DNA of 64,000 bases from assembly GCF_028368995.1 (NCBI RefSeq), contig NZ_JAQNDL010000004.1, positions 640,001 to 704,000 of the forward strand. The letters run 5' to 3'. The notes under the pieces were generated by a model. The model made no database searches. It was not told where the DNA came from and saw only the letters and a list, made by a program, of their open reading frames with translations. Of the stretch, positions 19,486-29,801 are shown piece by piece (position 1 is the first letter of the stretch; each line of letters begins with the position of its first letter). A program made the translations under genes and the position numbers. The stretch is from Nannocystis bainbridge (GTDB lineage: Bacteria; Myxococcota_A; Polyangia; Nannocystales; Nannocystaceae).

Positions 19486-20082
19486 ATGAACGAGAAGACG
19501 ACCGCGACCCTCACGACCTACATCACGGACATGCACGCGCTGGTGAACCACGGCCTGCGAGCGATCGACCGCCAGGCGCGCATGCTGACCGGATCGAATC
19601 ATTTGCAGGCGCTGGGCGCGGTGCAGGAGTTTCAGCGCACGCTCGAGAATCACCGCAAGCTGCTCGACGCGCGCGCCGAGGCGCTCGGCGGCAAGGTCAC
19701 CCAGCCGTTCAAGGACGCGGTCACCACGGTGACCGGCTTCCTCGCCGGGCTGACCAACCGGGTGCGTCCGCTGTCGGCCTGCAAGGCGATCCGCGACGAC
19801 TACACGTACCTCTCGCACGTGGCCGTCAGCTACCTCATGCTGTTCACCACGGCGAACGGCCTCGGCGACAGCGACACCGCGCTGCTGGCCGAGCAGGGCT
19901 ACCGCGACGCGGCCCGCATGGTGATGCACATCGACCGGATCTTGCCGAGCCTGGTGGCGCAGGAGCTCCGCGAGCACAACCTGCCGATCGCCGACCTCGA
20001 GCACCAGAGCCGGACGATGCTGGCCCGCGCGTGGAAGCGCGAGGAGTCCGAGCTCGGGCTCGAGTCCGGCGCGATCGCCTGA
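19486..20082 (+). CDS. Ferritin-like four-helix protein (YciE/YciF-DUF892-like)
   Basis: Helical pattern YITDMHAL..H...AI..Q; KAIRDDYTYLS....SY.ML.TTA..LGD. Confidence 0.65.
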   Translation: MNEKTTATLTTYITDMHALVNHGLRAIDRQARMLTGSNHLQALGAVQEFQRTLENHRKLLDARAEALGGKVTQPFKDAVTTVTGFLAGLTNRVRPLSACKAIRDDYTYLSHVAVSYLMLFTTANGLGDSDTALLAEQGYRDAARMVMHIDRILPSLVAQELREHNLPIADLEHQSRTMLARAWKREESELGLESGAIA

Positions 20083-20205
20083 GGCGAGGCCCGCGAATCA
20101 TCACACCCCGCATTCGCGCCCCGGCGCGAGCGCGGGCGTTCGCGTTGGGTCGCGGCGGCGATGATTCTTGCGCGCGAGTGCGATTCATGACACCGGGCGT
20201 CGGTT

Positions 20206-21156
20206 GTGAATGAGGGCAGTAGCGAGCAAACTCTCGGGGTGCGCCTCGGCCTCTGCTGTACGTTCCTCGACGAGCCGATCAAGTTCCGCCACACGACCGC
20301 GCGGTTCGTCGGCGGCAAGCCACGCGCGGCCCAGCGGCTGTTCCTCGGCGAGCTCGCGCTCGCCAACGCGGACGCGCTGGCGGCGGCGGTGGGCTGGTGC
20401 GCGGCGCGGGGGATCGGCGCCTTCCGCATCTCTTCGCAGTTGTTCCCGCTGGTGACCCACCCCGATGTCGGTTACGCGCTGGAGGAGTTGCCGACGTGGA
20501 GCGGGCTGGAGCGGCGGCTGACGGCGGTGCGCGAGCTGGCGCGGGCCAAGGACGTGCGCTTGAGCTTTCACCCCGATCAATTCGTGGTGCCCGGCTCGGC
20601 GTCGCCGGCGGTGGTCGAGAGCTCGCTGGCGGAGCTCGAGCACCATGGGCGGATGGCCGAGCTCGTCGGCGCCGAGCAGGTCACGTTGCACGGCGGCGGG
20701 GCCCAGCCGGACAAGGCGACGGCGCTGGCGCGGCTCGAGCGCGGGCTCGATCGCCTGTCGCCGCGGGCCCGCGCGGTCATCGCCCTCGAGAACGATGACC
20801 GCGTGTTCACCGTCGACGACCTGCTGCCGGTGTGCGCCCGCGCCGGGCTGCCGCTCATCCACGATGTCCATCACCACCGCTGCCTGCCCGGGGCGACCAG
20901 CGTGGAGGACGCCATCGAGCTGGCGGCCGCGACCTGGGGCGCGCGCGAGCCGTGGGCCCACGTGTCGAGCCCGAAGGGCGGGTGGGACGGCAACAAGCAG
21001 CCGCAGCACCACGACGACTTCGTGCGCCCGGCCGACGTGCCGCGCGCGTGGCTGGGGCGCCGGATCACCGTCGACGTCGAGGCCAAGGCCAAGGAGCAGG
21101 CGGTCCTGCGGCTGGCGAAGTGGGTGGCGACGCAAGAGCGCGAGCGCGCGGCGTGA
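20206..21156 (+). CDS. uvsE: UV DNA damage endonuclease
   Basis: RLGLCC, FRISSQLFPL.THP, RLSFHPDQFVV, LHGGG, LENDD, DVHHH, VEAKAKE. Confidence 0.93.
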   Translation: MNEGSSEQTLGVRLGLCCTFLDEPIKFRHTTARFVGGKPRAAQRLFLGELALANADALAAAVGWCAARGIGAFRISSQLFPLVTHPDVGYALEELPTWSGLERRLTAVRELARAKDVRLSFHPDQFVVPGSASPAVVESSLAELEHHGRMAELVGAEQVTLHGGGAQPDKATALARLERGLDRLSPRARAVIALENDDRVFTVDDLLPVCARAGLPLIHDVHHHRCLPGATSVEDAIELAAATWGAREPWAHVSSPKGGWDGNKQPQHHDDFVRPADVPRAWLGRRITVDVEAKAKEQAVLRLAKWVATQERERAA

Positions 21157-21165
21157 GGCGTCGAG

Positions 21166-21213
21166 GGTGCGCGAAAGGACATGTCCGAACGGGCATGTCG
21201 TGAAGGACATGCG
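21166..21213. repeat. TGTC-N6-GACA 14-bp-period array
   Basis: CATG junctions at 21180, 21194 and 21208. Confidence 0.8.
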
Positions 21214-21251
21214 ACGTCTCGGACCCGCCGTGACGCAGGATCGGGCGCGCC

Positions 21252-21869
21252 TCAGCCGACCGGCACGACCGGCAGCTTGGCGCCGTCGCGGGTCACGACG
21301 TGCTGGGGGACGATGACGGTGTCGCGTGGATCGAACCCCATCTCGATCCAGCTGCCGGGGGCGAGCGCGGTGGCGACGTGGGGCTCGAACGCGTGAGCCA
21401 CGGAGACGCGGGACTGCGGGCCGGGCTCGCGCGAGGTCCAGACGGTGAGCGCGAGGCTCACGCGGTAGCCGATCAAGGGGTCCGGACCCGAGTCGCTGCG
21501 GCCGAGGAGGCGCTCACCGAGCTCGCTGGCCTCGACTTGCCCCCACGCGGGGACGAGGCGGTCGAGCCGCTCCGCGTGCGCCTGCATGGCGGCTGCGTAC
21601 CGCCTGCGCGCGCGACTGCGGGCGACCGCCGCGGCCACCCCACCGGCCGTGCCGACCGCGACGCAGCCCCATCCGAACGGTCCGTGGTCTTCGAGCTCGC
21701 CGCCGAACTCGCGCATGTCGATCGGCTTCTGGTTGATCTGGAACACGCCGAACAGCACCAGCCCGAGCGCGCAGAAGACGTACGCGATCGTCGAGAGATC
21801 GGGCGGCGGGGTCGGCTCACGCACGATCGCGGGCGGCCACCAGGGCGGGGAAGGATGGGGCGTCGTCAT
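21252..21869 (-). CDS. Hypothetical membrane protein (2 TM)
   Basis: Two hydrophobic segments followed by a soluble beta-rich domain; GC3 bias. Confidence 0.6.
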   Translation of the reverse strand: MTTPHPSPPWWPPAIVREPTPPPDLSTIAYVFCALGLVLFGVFQINQKPIDMREFGGELEDHGPFGWGCVAVGTAGGVAAAVARSRARRRYAAAMQAHAERLDRLVPAWGQVEASELGERLLGRSDSGPDPLIGYRVSLALTVWTSREPGPQSRVSVAHAFEPHVATALAPGSWIEMGFDPRDTVIVPQHVVTRDGAKLPVVPVG

Positions 21870-22035
21870 GCGTGCGGCCGAGGTCCTCGGCCCCGAAGGT
21901 TACGCCACGGGGCCGAGGAAAGGGGCGCGCAGCAGCGCGAGCGTCCTCGTGGGCGGCGTGCGAGTCCTGCCGTTGGCTCGCGCAGGGACGACGGCGCGCG
22001 GCTGCGTGAACCGTCGGGAGCGAGGACGATCGCTA

Positions 22036-22713
22036 TCACGTCGGCGCTCGCGTGGCGGACGGATTGCCGTGCGTGAGCAGGCAGTGGCGCAGGCCCTCGC
22101 GCAGCGACGGCAGGCAGTGCAGGTCGCGGGCCGTGCGATCGAGGCCGGCGAGGGTCTGCGCGACGGGCGGGCTCACGCCGGTGATGATGGCGCGGCAGCC
22201 GACGAGCTTGACCGCGCGCACGAGCTGCAGGAGGTGATCGGCGGTGCCGGCGTCGACGCCCTCGACGCCGGTGAGGTCGACGAGCGCGGCGCGGGCCCGC
22301 GAGTCGACCACGCGCTGCAGCAGCGCGTCGGCGACCGCCAGGGCCCGCGCGCGATCGAGGGTGCCGACCAGCGGGACCGCGAGCACGCCGTCCCACACGT
22401 CGAGCACCGGCGTCGAGAGCTGGTGGATCTCGAGCCGCTGCGTCTCGATGAGCGCCAGCTTTTGCTCGATCTCCTGGTTGGCCTGCAGCAGCGCCGCGAG
22501 CACCCGGTCGCGCTCCTCGTGCGACGCCTTGAGCTCGGTGATGAACAGCCGCAGGCCCTCCTCGAGCATGCCGAAGGCGTCCTCGCGCGACTGCGAGAAG
22601 TGCTCGAGCGCGCCGTCGAACTCGCCGACCGAGGCCAGGCCGATGACGGCCATGATCCGGTCGAAGCGCTCCGAGTCGGTAGTCAGGGCCTCGTCGAGCT
22701 CACTGGTGGACAT
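22036..22713 (-). CDS. RsbR-like STAS domain protein
   Basis: LSTPVLDVWDGVLAVPLVGTLD..RA, VDLTGVEGVD, LVGCRAIITGVSP.VAQTL. Confidence 0.9.
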   Translation of the reverse strand: MSTSELDEALTTDSERFDRIMAVIGLASVGEFDGALEHFSQSREDAFGMLEEGLRLFITELKASHEERDRVLAALLQANQEIEQKLALIETQRLEIHQLSTPVLDVWDGVLAVPLVGTLDRARALAVADALLQRVVDSRARAALVDLTGVEGVDAGTADHLLQLVRAVKLVGCRAIITGVSPPVAQTLAGLDRTARDLHCLPSLREGLRHCLLTHGNPSATRAPT

Positions 22714-23128
22714 GGCGACCTCCTCGGGCGGCGGTTTGCGCGGCGCGCAGGGCCTCGATCCAGCGGCGCGCCTCGGCCTCGTCGCGCACGAACGCCATCT
22801 CCGTGGGCTTGCCGGTGACGAGCCGGATCGCCCGGAACATCAGTGTCGCCAGCGAGCGCATGGCGAAGCTGGCCCCGTAGACCCCGACGCCCGAGACGGA
22901 GTGTTGCTTGTGCCACTCGCCGACGTGCTTGCGCGCGTCGGTGGGGATGCCGTCCATGCGCGTCAAGTCGGCCAGCAAGTAGCAGCGACCCTTCTCGGCC
23001 ATGATGTCGGCCAGCATCCCGTGGACGGTGTGCGCGACCGCCAGGTCGAACGGGCCGCGGACCTTGATATGCGCGAGGTCCTGCTCGCGCATGATCTGCA
23101 GGTGCTCGCTCGCGCTCGTGGTCGCCAC
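22700..23128 (-). CDS. STAS/SEC14 (SpoIIAA-like) domain protein
   Basis: YLLADLTRMDGIPTDARK...GASFAMR...F..DEAEARRWI; overlaps the next gene. Confidence 0.75.
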   Translation of the reverse strand: MATTSASEHLQIMREQDLAHIKVRGPFDLAVAHTVHGMLADIMAEKGRCYLLADLTRMDGIPTDARKHVGEWHKQHSVSGVGVYGASFAMRSLATLMFRAIRLVTGKPTEMAFVRDEAEARRWIEALRAAQTAARGGRHVHQ

Positions 23129-23308
23129 CGCGAATAGCGTATCACGGGCCCGCCTTCGAGGGTCACGGGGCGCGCGGGCGCGCGGGCGCGCAGGGCCGCC
23201 GGGGGCCTCCGTGGGGCCGCGAGGATGGGGTCCGCCATGGTGCGCTCCCGCGGGTGGGCCGGCCCCGAGGCGGCCTCACGGGGAGGCGGTGATTGTGCCA
23301 GTCGAGGC

Positions 23309-24421
23309 TCAGGCCCGCGGGCGCGCGCCGGACTGCAGGCGTTCGAGGGCCTGCAGCAGCCCGGCGTCGCCGGGCGCGGGGAGCTGGACGCGGAACTCGA
23401 GGTACAGGTCGCCGACCTCACCGCGCGGCCCGGGCACGCCCTGGCGACGCAGCCGCAGCTTGTGGTCGGGGGCGCAGGCCGGCGGGATCCGGACGCGCAC
23501 CGTGCCGCGCGGCGTGACGACCTCGACGGCGTCGCCGCGGTAGAGCTCGAGCAGGGTGACGGCGACGGCGAGGTTCAGGTCGAGGCCGCGGCGGGTGAGG
23601 CCGGGCTCGGGGGCGACGCGAATGGTGACGCGCAGGTCGCCGGGCGGGCTGCCGGGTTCACCCTGGCCCGGCAGGCGGACCACCGCGCCGTCGCTCGTGC
23701 CGGCCGGCACCGCCACGTCGACGATCCGGCCGCCGACGCGCACCTGCGCGGTGCAGCCGACGACGGCGCGAGCCAGCGGGACCGTCACCTCGGCGCGGGC
23801 GTCTCGACCCATGCCTTCGTCGTCTTCGAGATCGTCGGACGCGTCGTCGTCGAGGTCGTCGTCGTCGTCATCGAGGTCGTCGTCGAGGTCGTCGTCGTCA
23901 TCATCGTCGAGGTCGTCGTCGTCGAGGTCGTCGTCGCCGGTCTCGTTGATTTTGTCGTCGATGTTCGCGTGTGCGTCGGCGCTGTCGTCGAGGCGGACCT
24001 CGCGGCCGCGCCAGATCCGCGCCAGGATGTCGTCGAAGACCGTGCGCCGGGCGTGCTTGAGGTCGTCGAACTCGAGGTCGCCGCCGCTCGCGGGCGGGGT
24101 GTGCTCGGCCGAGTCCCGGCGGGGGGCGGCCCACGGCGGGCCTGGCGGGCCGTCGTGGGGGCGCGAGCGGGCGGCGCGGGCTCGCTGCGGGTCGAAGCCG
24201 CGGGTCAGCGACAGCTCGCCGAACTCGTCGTAGAGGGCGCGCGTGCGGTCGTCGCCGAGGATCGTGTAGGCGTCGACGATCTCGCGGTAGAGCTCCTCGC
24301 TCCACGACCGGCCGCCGTTCACGTCGGGGTGGAAGCGGCGCGTCCGCTCGCGGTAGGCCCGCTTGATCGCGCGCGCATCGGCGTGGCGATCGATCCCGAG
24401 GACGACGTACAGGTCGCGCAT
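23309..24421 (-). CDS. DnaJ-class (CbpA-like) co-chaperone with poly-Asp insert
   Basis: J-domain DLYVVLG...IKRAYR...FHPDVN...YDEFG; DnaJ_C motifs V.VPAG..DG..VRL.GQG..G..PGDL and LRLRRQGVP....GDL. Confidence 0.88.
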   Translation of the reverse strand: MRDLYVVLGIDRHADARAIKRAYRERTRRFHPDVNGGRSWSEELYREIVDAYTILGDDRTRALYDEFGELSLTRGFDPQRARAARSRPHDGPPGPPWAAPRRDSAEHTPPASGGDLEFDDLKHARRTVFDDILARIWRGREVRLDDSADAHANIDDKINETGDDDLDDDDLDDDDDDDLDDDLDDDDDDLDDDASDDLEDDEGMGRDARAEVTVPLARAVVGCTAQVRVGGRIVDVAVPAGTSDGAVVRLPGQGEPGSPPGDLRVTIRVAPEPGLTRRGLDLNLAVAVTLLELYRGDAVEVVTPRGTVRVRIPPACAPDHKLRLRRQGVPGPRGEVGDLYLEFRVQLPAPGDAGLLQALERLQSGARPRA

Positions 24422-24472
24422 CCGATCATGATAGCGCGGCGGGCGACCCGAGGCGAGCCCCCGCGGGTGGTT

Positions 24473-24530
24473 TCGACATGTCCCCGGGGACATGTCGACA
24501 TGGCGGGAAGTGCATGTCCCGAGGGACAGG
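24473..24530. repeat. TGTC-N6-GACA array
   Basis: Junctions at 24477/24491 and 24499/24513/24527; perfect copies TGTCCCCGGGGACA and TGTCCCGAGGGACA. Confidence 0.8.
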
Positions 24531-24544
24531 CTATTCCCGCGACG

Positions 24545-25459
24545 TCACACCGGCGAGGCCAGGCCGCCGGTCTCCCGCAGGCGCCGCAGGTCGCGCGCCG
24601 GCGGGTCGCCGAACAGCCGGGTGTACTCGCGGCTGAACTGCGAGGCGCTCTCGTAGCCGACCCGGAAGGCCGCGCTGGTGGCGTCGAGCGCCTCGCTGAA
24701 CATCAACCGGCGGGCCTCCTGCAGCCGCAGCTGCTTCTGGTATTGCAGCGGGCTCATGGCGGTGACGGCCTTGAAGTGGTGGTGCAGCGAGGACGCGCTC
24801 ATGTGCAGCTCGCGGGCGAACTCGTCGATGCGCAGCGGCTCGGCGTAGTGCTGCTTGAGCCAGTCGATCGCGCGGGCGATCCGGCGCGCCTGGCCGTCGC
24901 CGGCGGCGATCTGGCGCAGCCGCCAGCCCTCGTCGCTCTTGAGCAGGCGGTAGGTCAGCTCGCGCACGGCCAGCGGCGCGAGCACGGCGATGTCCTCGGG
25001 CACGTCGAGCAGGCGCACCAGCCGGAGCACGGCGTCGAGCATCGCCGGGGTCATGGCGCTGAGGTAGAGGCCGCGACCCGGGCGCGGCTGGGCCGGCGGC
25101 GGCGGGCCGAGCTCGAGCAGCAGCTGCGCGAGCTCGGCGGGGTCGAGGTCGAGGCGCAGGCACAGGTACGGCGCGGCCGGGCTGGCCTCGACGACCTGGC
25201 CGGTGACCGGCAGATCGACCGTCACGACCAGGAAGCGCGAGGCGTCGTAGACGTGGACCTCGTCGGCCAGGTGCACGCGCTTGGTGCCCTGGGCGACCAC
25301 ACACAGCGCGGGCTCGTGCAGGAGGACCAGCGGCTCGCCGGGCCGCGCGGCGCGGATCAGCGACACGCGCGGGAGAGCGGTCGCGTGCACGCCGTCGCCA
25401 GGGGTGTGTCGCTGCAGATGAGCGGCCAGCTCGGCGGCCGCGGGCGCAGTCGTCGCCAT
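24545..25459 (-). CDS. AraC family regulator (AraC_N, YqhC-like)
   Basis: EPALCVVAQG.K; MSASSLHHHFKAVTAMSPLQYQKQLRL..AR; VGYESASQFSREY. Confidence 0.93.
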   Translation of the reverse strand: MATTAPAAAELAAHLQRHTPGDGVHATALPRVSLIRAARPGEPLVLLHEPALCVVAQGTKRVHLADEVHVYDASRFLVVTVDLPVTGQVVEASPAAPYLCLRLDLDPAELAQLLLELGPPPPAQPRPGRGLYLSAMTPAMLDAVLRLVRLLDVPEDIAVLAPLAVRELTYRLLKSDEGWRLRQIAAGDGQARRIARAIDWLKQHYAEPLRIDEFARELHMSASSLHHHFKAVTAMSPLQYQKQLRLQEARRLMFSEALDATSAAFRVGYESASQFSREYTRLFGDPPARDLRRLRETGGLASPV

Positions 25460-25634
25460 CGACCGAGCGTACTCGTGGGCCTCGTGGGCGGCAAGGAGAG
25501 GCCGCCGTGGCGCCGCGGAGGATCGGGCAAGAGCCGGCGAGGAACTGGCTAACGCGGCCGTGGGCCCGCGTTTACGGTGTCTGCGTACCCGGCTCGCCCG
25601 CGGTGGGCGGCCGACAGAACGCAGGAGAATCATC

Positions 25635-26372
25635 ATGTCCGGAGTCGAGAACAAGGTCGTACTGATCACGGGCGCCAGCAGCGGCATCGGCGAGGCGACG
25701 GCCCGCCTGCTGGCCAGGCAAGGGGCCCGCGTGGTGCTCGGGGCGCGCCGCACCGAGCGGCTGGCGGCGCTCGCCGACGAGATCGCGGGCGACGGCGGAC
25801 AGGTCCGCTACCGCCAGCTCGACGTGACGCGCCGCGAAGACGTGGCGGCGTTCGTGGCGTTCGCGGTGGCGACGTTCGGCGGGATCGACGTGGTCGTCAA
25901 CAACGCGGGGGTGATGCCGCTGTCGAACCTCGAGGCGCTGAAGGTCGACGAGTGGGACCGCATGATCGACGTCAACATCCGCGGGGTGCTGCACGGGATC
26001 GCGGCGGCGCTGCCGGTGATGCAGCAGCAGAAGCGCGGGCAGTTCATCAACATCTCGTCGATCGGCGGCCACTACGTGGTGCCGACGGCGGCGGTGTACT
26101 GCGCGACCAAATTCGCGGTGCGGGCGATCTCGGACGGGCTGCGGCAGGAGGTCGGGGATGGCATCCGCGTCACCGTCATCTCGCCGGGGGTCACCGAGTC
26201 GGAGCTGGCCGACACCATCTCCGACCCGGCCTCGCGCGAGGGGATGAAGCAATTCCGCAAGGTCGCCATCCCGGCGGCCGCCATCGCCCGCGCGATCCAG
26301 TTCGCCATCGAGCAGCCGCCGGAGGTCGACGTCAGCGAGATGATCGTGCGACCCACGGCGAGCCCGCACTGA
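25635..26372 (+). CDS. SDR oxidoreductase, divergent from the AraC gene
   Basis: TGASSGIG, NNAG, YCATK; RBS AGGAG. Confidence 0.95.
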   Translation: MSGVENKVVLITGASSGIGEATARLLARQGARVVLGARRTERLAALADEIAGDGGQVRYRQLDVTRREDVAAFVAFAVATFGGIDVVVNNAGVMPLSNLEALKVDEWDRMIDVNIRGVLHGIAAALPVMQQQKRGQFINISSIGGHYVVPTAAVYCATKFAVRAISDGLRQEVGDGIRVTVISPGVTESELADTISDPASREGMKQFRKVAIPAAAIARAIQFAIEQPPEVDVSEMIVRPTASPH

Positions 26373-26555
26373 GGGCGGTCGATCGTGGGGCGTGAACGTC
26401 CGCGCGCTCGCGTCGATGCTGCCGCGCGGCTGCGGGCGGGGCGGGGGCCGCGGCGTGGTGGCGTCGCGGGGCTCGCCGCGGCGTGGCGCAGGTCCGGCGC
26501 GGCTCGAAGGGCGGCGCCGGGCGGACGGGCCCCGCGGTGCCATGGAGGCCGCGCC

Positions 26556-26906
26556 ATGCCCTACGTCGTCCGCATGACCCCCCTGCGCCGATCGATCGGC
26601 GCGTTGCTCGAATTCGTGGCGGCGATCCGCGGGCCGCGGCGCGCCGAGACCACCGCGTTCTTCCGCCGCTACGGGGTGCGCCACGAATCGTGGCACCTGC
26701 AGGACACGGGGCGCGGTCTGGAGGTGCTGGTGGTGACGCTGATCGACGCGCCGGCCGCGGCGGCGGACGCCTACGCGGCCAGCACCGGCGACTTCGAGCT
26801 GTGGTTCAAGGCGCAGGTGCTCGATCTGTCGGGCAACGATCCCAACGAATCACCGCTCGGCCCGCCGACGCTCGAGGTGTTCGCCTGGGACGAGGACGAG
26901 GGCTGA
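26556..26906 (+). CDS. Hypothetical small protein (dimeric alpha/beta barrel-like)
   Basis: GGAGG RBS before ATG; GC3 bias; GV.HESW.LQ...F..WFK motif. Confidence 0.65.
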   Translation: MPYVVRMTPLRRSIGALLEFVAAIRGPRRAETTAFFRRYGVRHESWHLQDTGRGLEVLVVTLIDAPAAAADAYAASTGDFELWFKAQVLDLSGNDPNESPLGPPTLEVFAWDEDEG

Positions 26907-26931
26907 GCGGCGGCCGATGGGGCAATGATTA

Positions 26932-26978
26932 TAGATGTCTCGATGGACATGTCCCTTCGGACATTGATAGGACATGCC
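26932..26978. repeat. TGTC-N6-GACA array
   Basis: Junctions at 26934, 26948 and 26962, between convergent genes. Confidence 0.75.
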
Positions 26979-26998
26979 CGGAGCGGGAGGCGCGGGCC

Positions 26999-27607
26999 TC
27001 AGAACGCGAAGCCGAGGCTCGCCCCGTAGCTGCGAAGCTGCGGATCGTGGAGCGGCCCGATCCCTCGCCAGCGCAGGCGAGCCCCGGGTCGCAGGGCCAG
27101 GCCGGCCTGGATCTCGCGGAGGCGGCGCAATTGGGACCCGCGCACGCCCAGCAGCACCGCGCCGGTGACGATGGCCGCGCCACCGATCCCGGCCATCACC
27201 AGCGCCACGTCGCCGCCCTCGCCGAGGGTGAGGCCGATGTAGAGGCCGACGCCGAGCGGGGCGAAGCCGACGCCGAGCAGGGTGCCGCCGAGCTTGAGCC
27301 GGCGGCGATAGCGATCGTCGATGAACCGGGCGAAGCTCTGCACCCGGCTGTCGTCGTCGTCGTCCCCGTCGGCGCGGTCCTCGGCGCGGTCCTTCTCGTC
27401 GCCCTGATAATCGTCCCAGTACCGGCTCATGTCCTGGCCCAGTTCCACGCCGAGGCGGTCGGCGTATTGCCGCTCGGCCTCGAAATAGCGGGCGAGGGCG
27501 ACGCCGTCGTCGACGGGCGCGGGCGCGGGTGCGACGGCCGGCTGCGGCCCCTCGGGCGCGGGCGGGCCCTGGAGCTGCATCACGAGCAACAATAGGCGGT
27601 AATCCAT
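26999..27607 (-). CDS. Hypothetical membrane protein
   Basis: Signal-like N-terminus, two TM helices, C-terminal GASLGFAF. Confidence 0.6.
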   Translation of the reverse strand: MDYRLLLLVMQLQGPPAPEGPQPAVAPAPAPVDDGVALARYFEAERQYADRLGVELGQDMSRYWDDYQGDEKDRAEDRADGDDDDDSRVQSFARFIDDRYRRRLKLGGTLLGVGFAPLGVGLYIGLTLGEGGDVALVMAGIGGAAIVTGAVLLGVRGSQLRRLREIQAGLALRPGARLRWRGIGPLHDPQLRSYGASLGFAF

Positions 27608-27722
27608 GGCCGAGAGCATGCACGAGGTCGCGCCAGGGCGCGAGTGCGGGCTCGCCGCGACGCTGACCGCGTACCTGCTCGCGTGAGCCGGCGGCCGGCT
27701 CACGTATGCGTAGGCCCGCGCG

Positions 27723-29801
27723 TCAGTCCGGATCGCAGGCGCCGTCGCAGAAGGTCTCGACGATGCCCTCGCGGAAGAACTTGTCCATCGACGCGTTGGC
27801 GGCGGCGAGCTTGCGCGGGCCGCCGTGCGGGTCCTCGCCCTCGCGCATCGGCACGTTGAAGACCGGCTCCGGCGGCAGGCCGAAGTCGAACTCGACCATC
27901 GCCGAGCCGGCGTGGCTGCCCTCGACCTCCTCGAGGCCCCAGATCGAGCGATTGACGGGGCCCATGTTGGCGACGTCGCCGATGGCGCGGGCCATGAGGT
28001 GAGCGCCGAGCGTGGTGACCTGGTGGTCGGCGATGGCGACGTTGAGCAGGACGTCGTGGGCGGGGGTGTTCGGCAGCGGCTGGCGGATGTGGTGGCTGTA
28101 GCCGCTCGGCTCGGAGCGCTCCCACAGCATCTGCACCAGGCCGAGCACGACCTGGATGTCGATCGGGTCGGGGTAGGCGCCCTTGACGACGGCGAAGAAG
28201 TTGTCGAAGTCGACGCTGCGGTTGAGCAGGAGGTTGTACGGCTGGCCGGGCACGCCGAGCATGCCGCGGGTGACGTCGACCTGTACCGCCATCAGCGTGG
28301 CGCCGAAGATGCCGCCCTGGCTGTTGCCGAAGTAATAGGCGGACTCGGTGTCGAACATCGCCGGCTCGCCCTGGAAGGTCAGCGCCGGGTCGGTCGCGAA
28401 ATCGCCGAGCATCATGCGCGTGGCGAGCATGAAGTTGAGGATGCCCTGCTGGCCGCGGTCGGGCACCGCCGCGAATTGATGGAGGTTGCCGCCGAGCGCG
28501 CCGACGATGGTGACGAGGTCGTCCTCGGCCATGCCGACCCAATCGACGGCGAACAGGATGTAGTTGTAGTCCTCGGCGAACTGGCGGAAATGGCTGGCCT
28601 TGACCTGATCGCGGCTGCCGAGCAGGCCGTGGCCGTAGGCGACCGGGGCCGAGGGGGCCGTGAAGGCGCTGTACGGGATGAGGACGGTGAAGGGGTAGGT
28701 GGCGGTGCCGTTTTGCGTCGGCAGGCCGGCGTCGTCGAGGATCATGCGGCCGCCCGACTCGGGCTTGTCGAGGTAGAGCGGGACGGTCATCTCGCCCTCG
28801 ACGCACAGGGCGATGAGATCGTCGCAGTTCTCGACGACCGACGTGATCTCGTAGGCGGGCCCGGCAGCGCCGACCTGCGCCAGGGCGTCGTCGCGGATGT
28901 GCAGCAGGCGCTCGGTGGTGTTCTCGGTGCTGCTGACGGTGTAGTCCCACGCGACCTGCAGCTCGTCGCGGACCACGCCGACGGCCTCGAGGCGCGCGAA
29001 GATGTCGGCGTAGAGCGGGCGGCGGGCGTCGACCGAGGGGTCGTCGGCGAACGGGGTCAGGTCGCGCAGGGCGGCGAAGGCCGGCGAGGCGGGCAGCGGC
29101 TGGCCGCCGGCGTCGACGACGTTGCGCACGGCGTAGATCAGGCGGGCGCCGTCGCGCGGGCGCGTGACCGGGCGGATGAGCAGGGTGCGGCGCGCGTCGT
29201 CGCCGTGCGACATGTCGAGCTCGGTGAAGTGCGGCACGAGCTCGCCGGTGTCGACATCGAGGATGATGGTCGGGCTGTCGGGGGTGACGGAGATCTCGAT
29301 GCTCCACGGATCCGGCAGGCCGGTAATGGTGGCACCCGGCATGTGCACCATCCCGGGCAGGCCGCCCGAGAAGCCGTCGAGCTCGGCGAACACGTCGGTC
29401 TCGGGCCAGATCCCGCCGGTCGACTTGGGCAGCGATTGTTGCGGGAGGGCGACGCGGCGGCCGGTCGGGGTCGAATCATCGGCCTCGGTATAGACATTGC
29501 TCGGGAACGGGAACAGGCAATAATGGGGGTCGAGCGGGTCGCACTCGAGGGTCGGCCAGTCGACGACCGGGTCGGGCTCGGGCAACACGTTACCGGTGGT
29601 GTCGGTGGTGTCGCTGGTGTCGGTGCCCGAGGTGCTGGTGGTCGGGGCGGTGGAGCCGGTCGGCGTCTCGTCGGTGGTGGCGGCCGACCCCGTGGAGGTG
29701 CCGTCGGACGCGGACTCGCTGGCAGAATCGCCGCAGGCGCCGGTGAGGGCTGTGAGGGTCAGAGCGGCGAAGGTGGCTGCGAGCGGGCTTTTCCGGATCA
29801 C
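27723..29801 (-). CDS. Lipoprotein alpha/beta hydrolase (lipase-like, with N-terminal PFPS/DGFS domain)
   Basis: Lipobox TGAC; Thr linker; FPFPSN, DGFS, YGHGLLG, nucleophile elbow GNSQGG, C-terminal DPH. Confidence 0.85.
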   Translation of the reverse strand: MIRKSPLAATFAALTLTALTGACGDSASESASDGTSTGSAATTDETPTGSTAPTTSTSGTDTSDTTDTTGNVLPEPDPVVDWPTLECDPLDPHYCLFPFPSNVYTEADDSTPTGRRVALPQQSLPKSTGGIWPETDVFAELDGFSGGLPGMVHMPGATITGLPDPWSIEISVTPDSPTIILDVDTGELVPHFTELDMSHGDDARRTLLIRPVTRPRDGARLIYAVRNVVDAGGQPLPASPAFAALRDLTPFADDPSVDARRPLYADIFARLEAVGVVRDELQVAWDYTVSSTENTTERLLHIRDDALAQVGAAGPAYEITSVVENCDDLIALCVEGEMTVPLYLDKPESGGRMILDDAGLPTQNGTATYPFTVLIPYSAFTAPSAPVAYGHGLLGSRDQVKASHFRQFAEDYNYILFAVDWVGMAEDDLVTIVGALGGNLHQFAAVPDRGQQGILNFMLATRMMLGDFATDPALTFQGEPAMFDTESAYYFGNSQGGIFGATLMAVQVDVTRGMLGVPGQPYNLLLNRSVDFDNFFAVVKGAYPDPIDIQVVLGLVQMLWERSEPSGYSHHIRQPLPNTPAHDVLLNVAIADHQVTTLGAHLMARAIGDVANMGPVNRSIWGLEEVEGSHAGSAMVEFDFGLPPEPVFNVPMREGEDPHGGPRKLAAANASMDKFFREGIVETFCDGACDPD

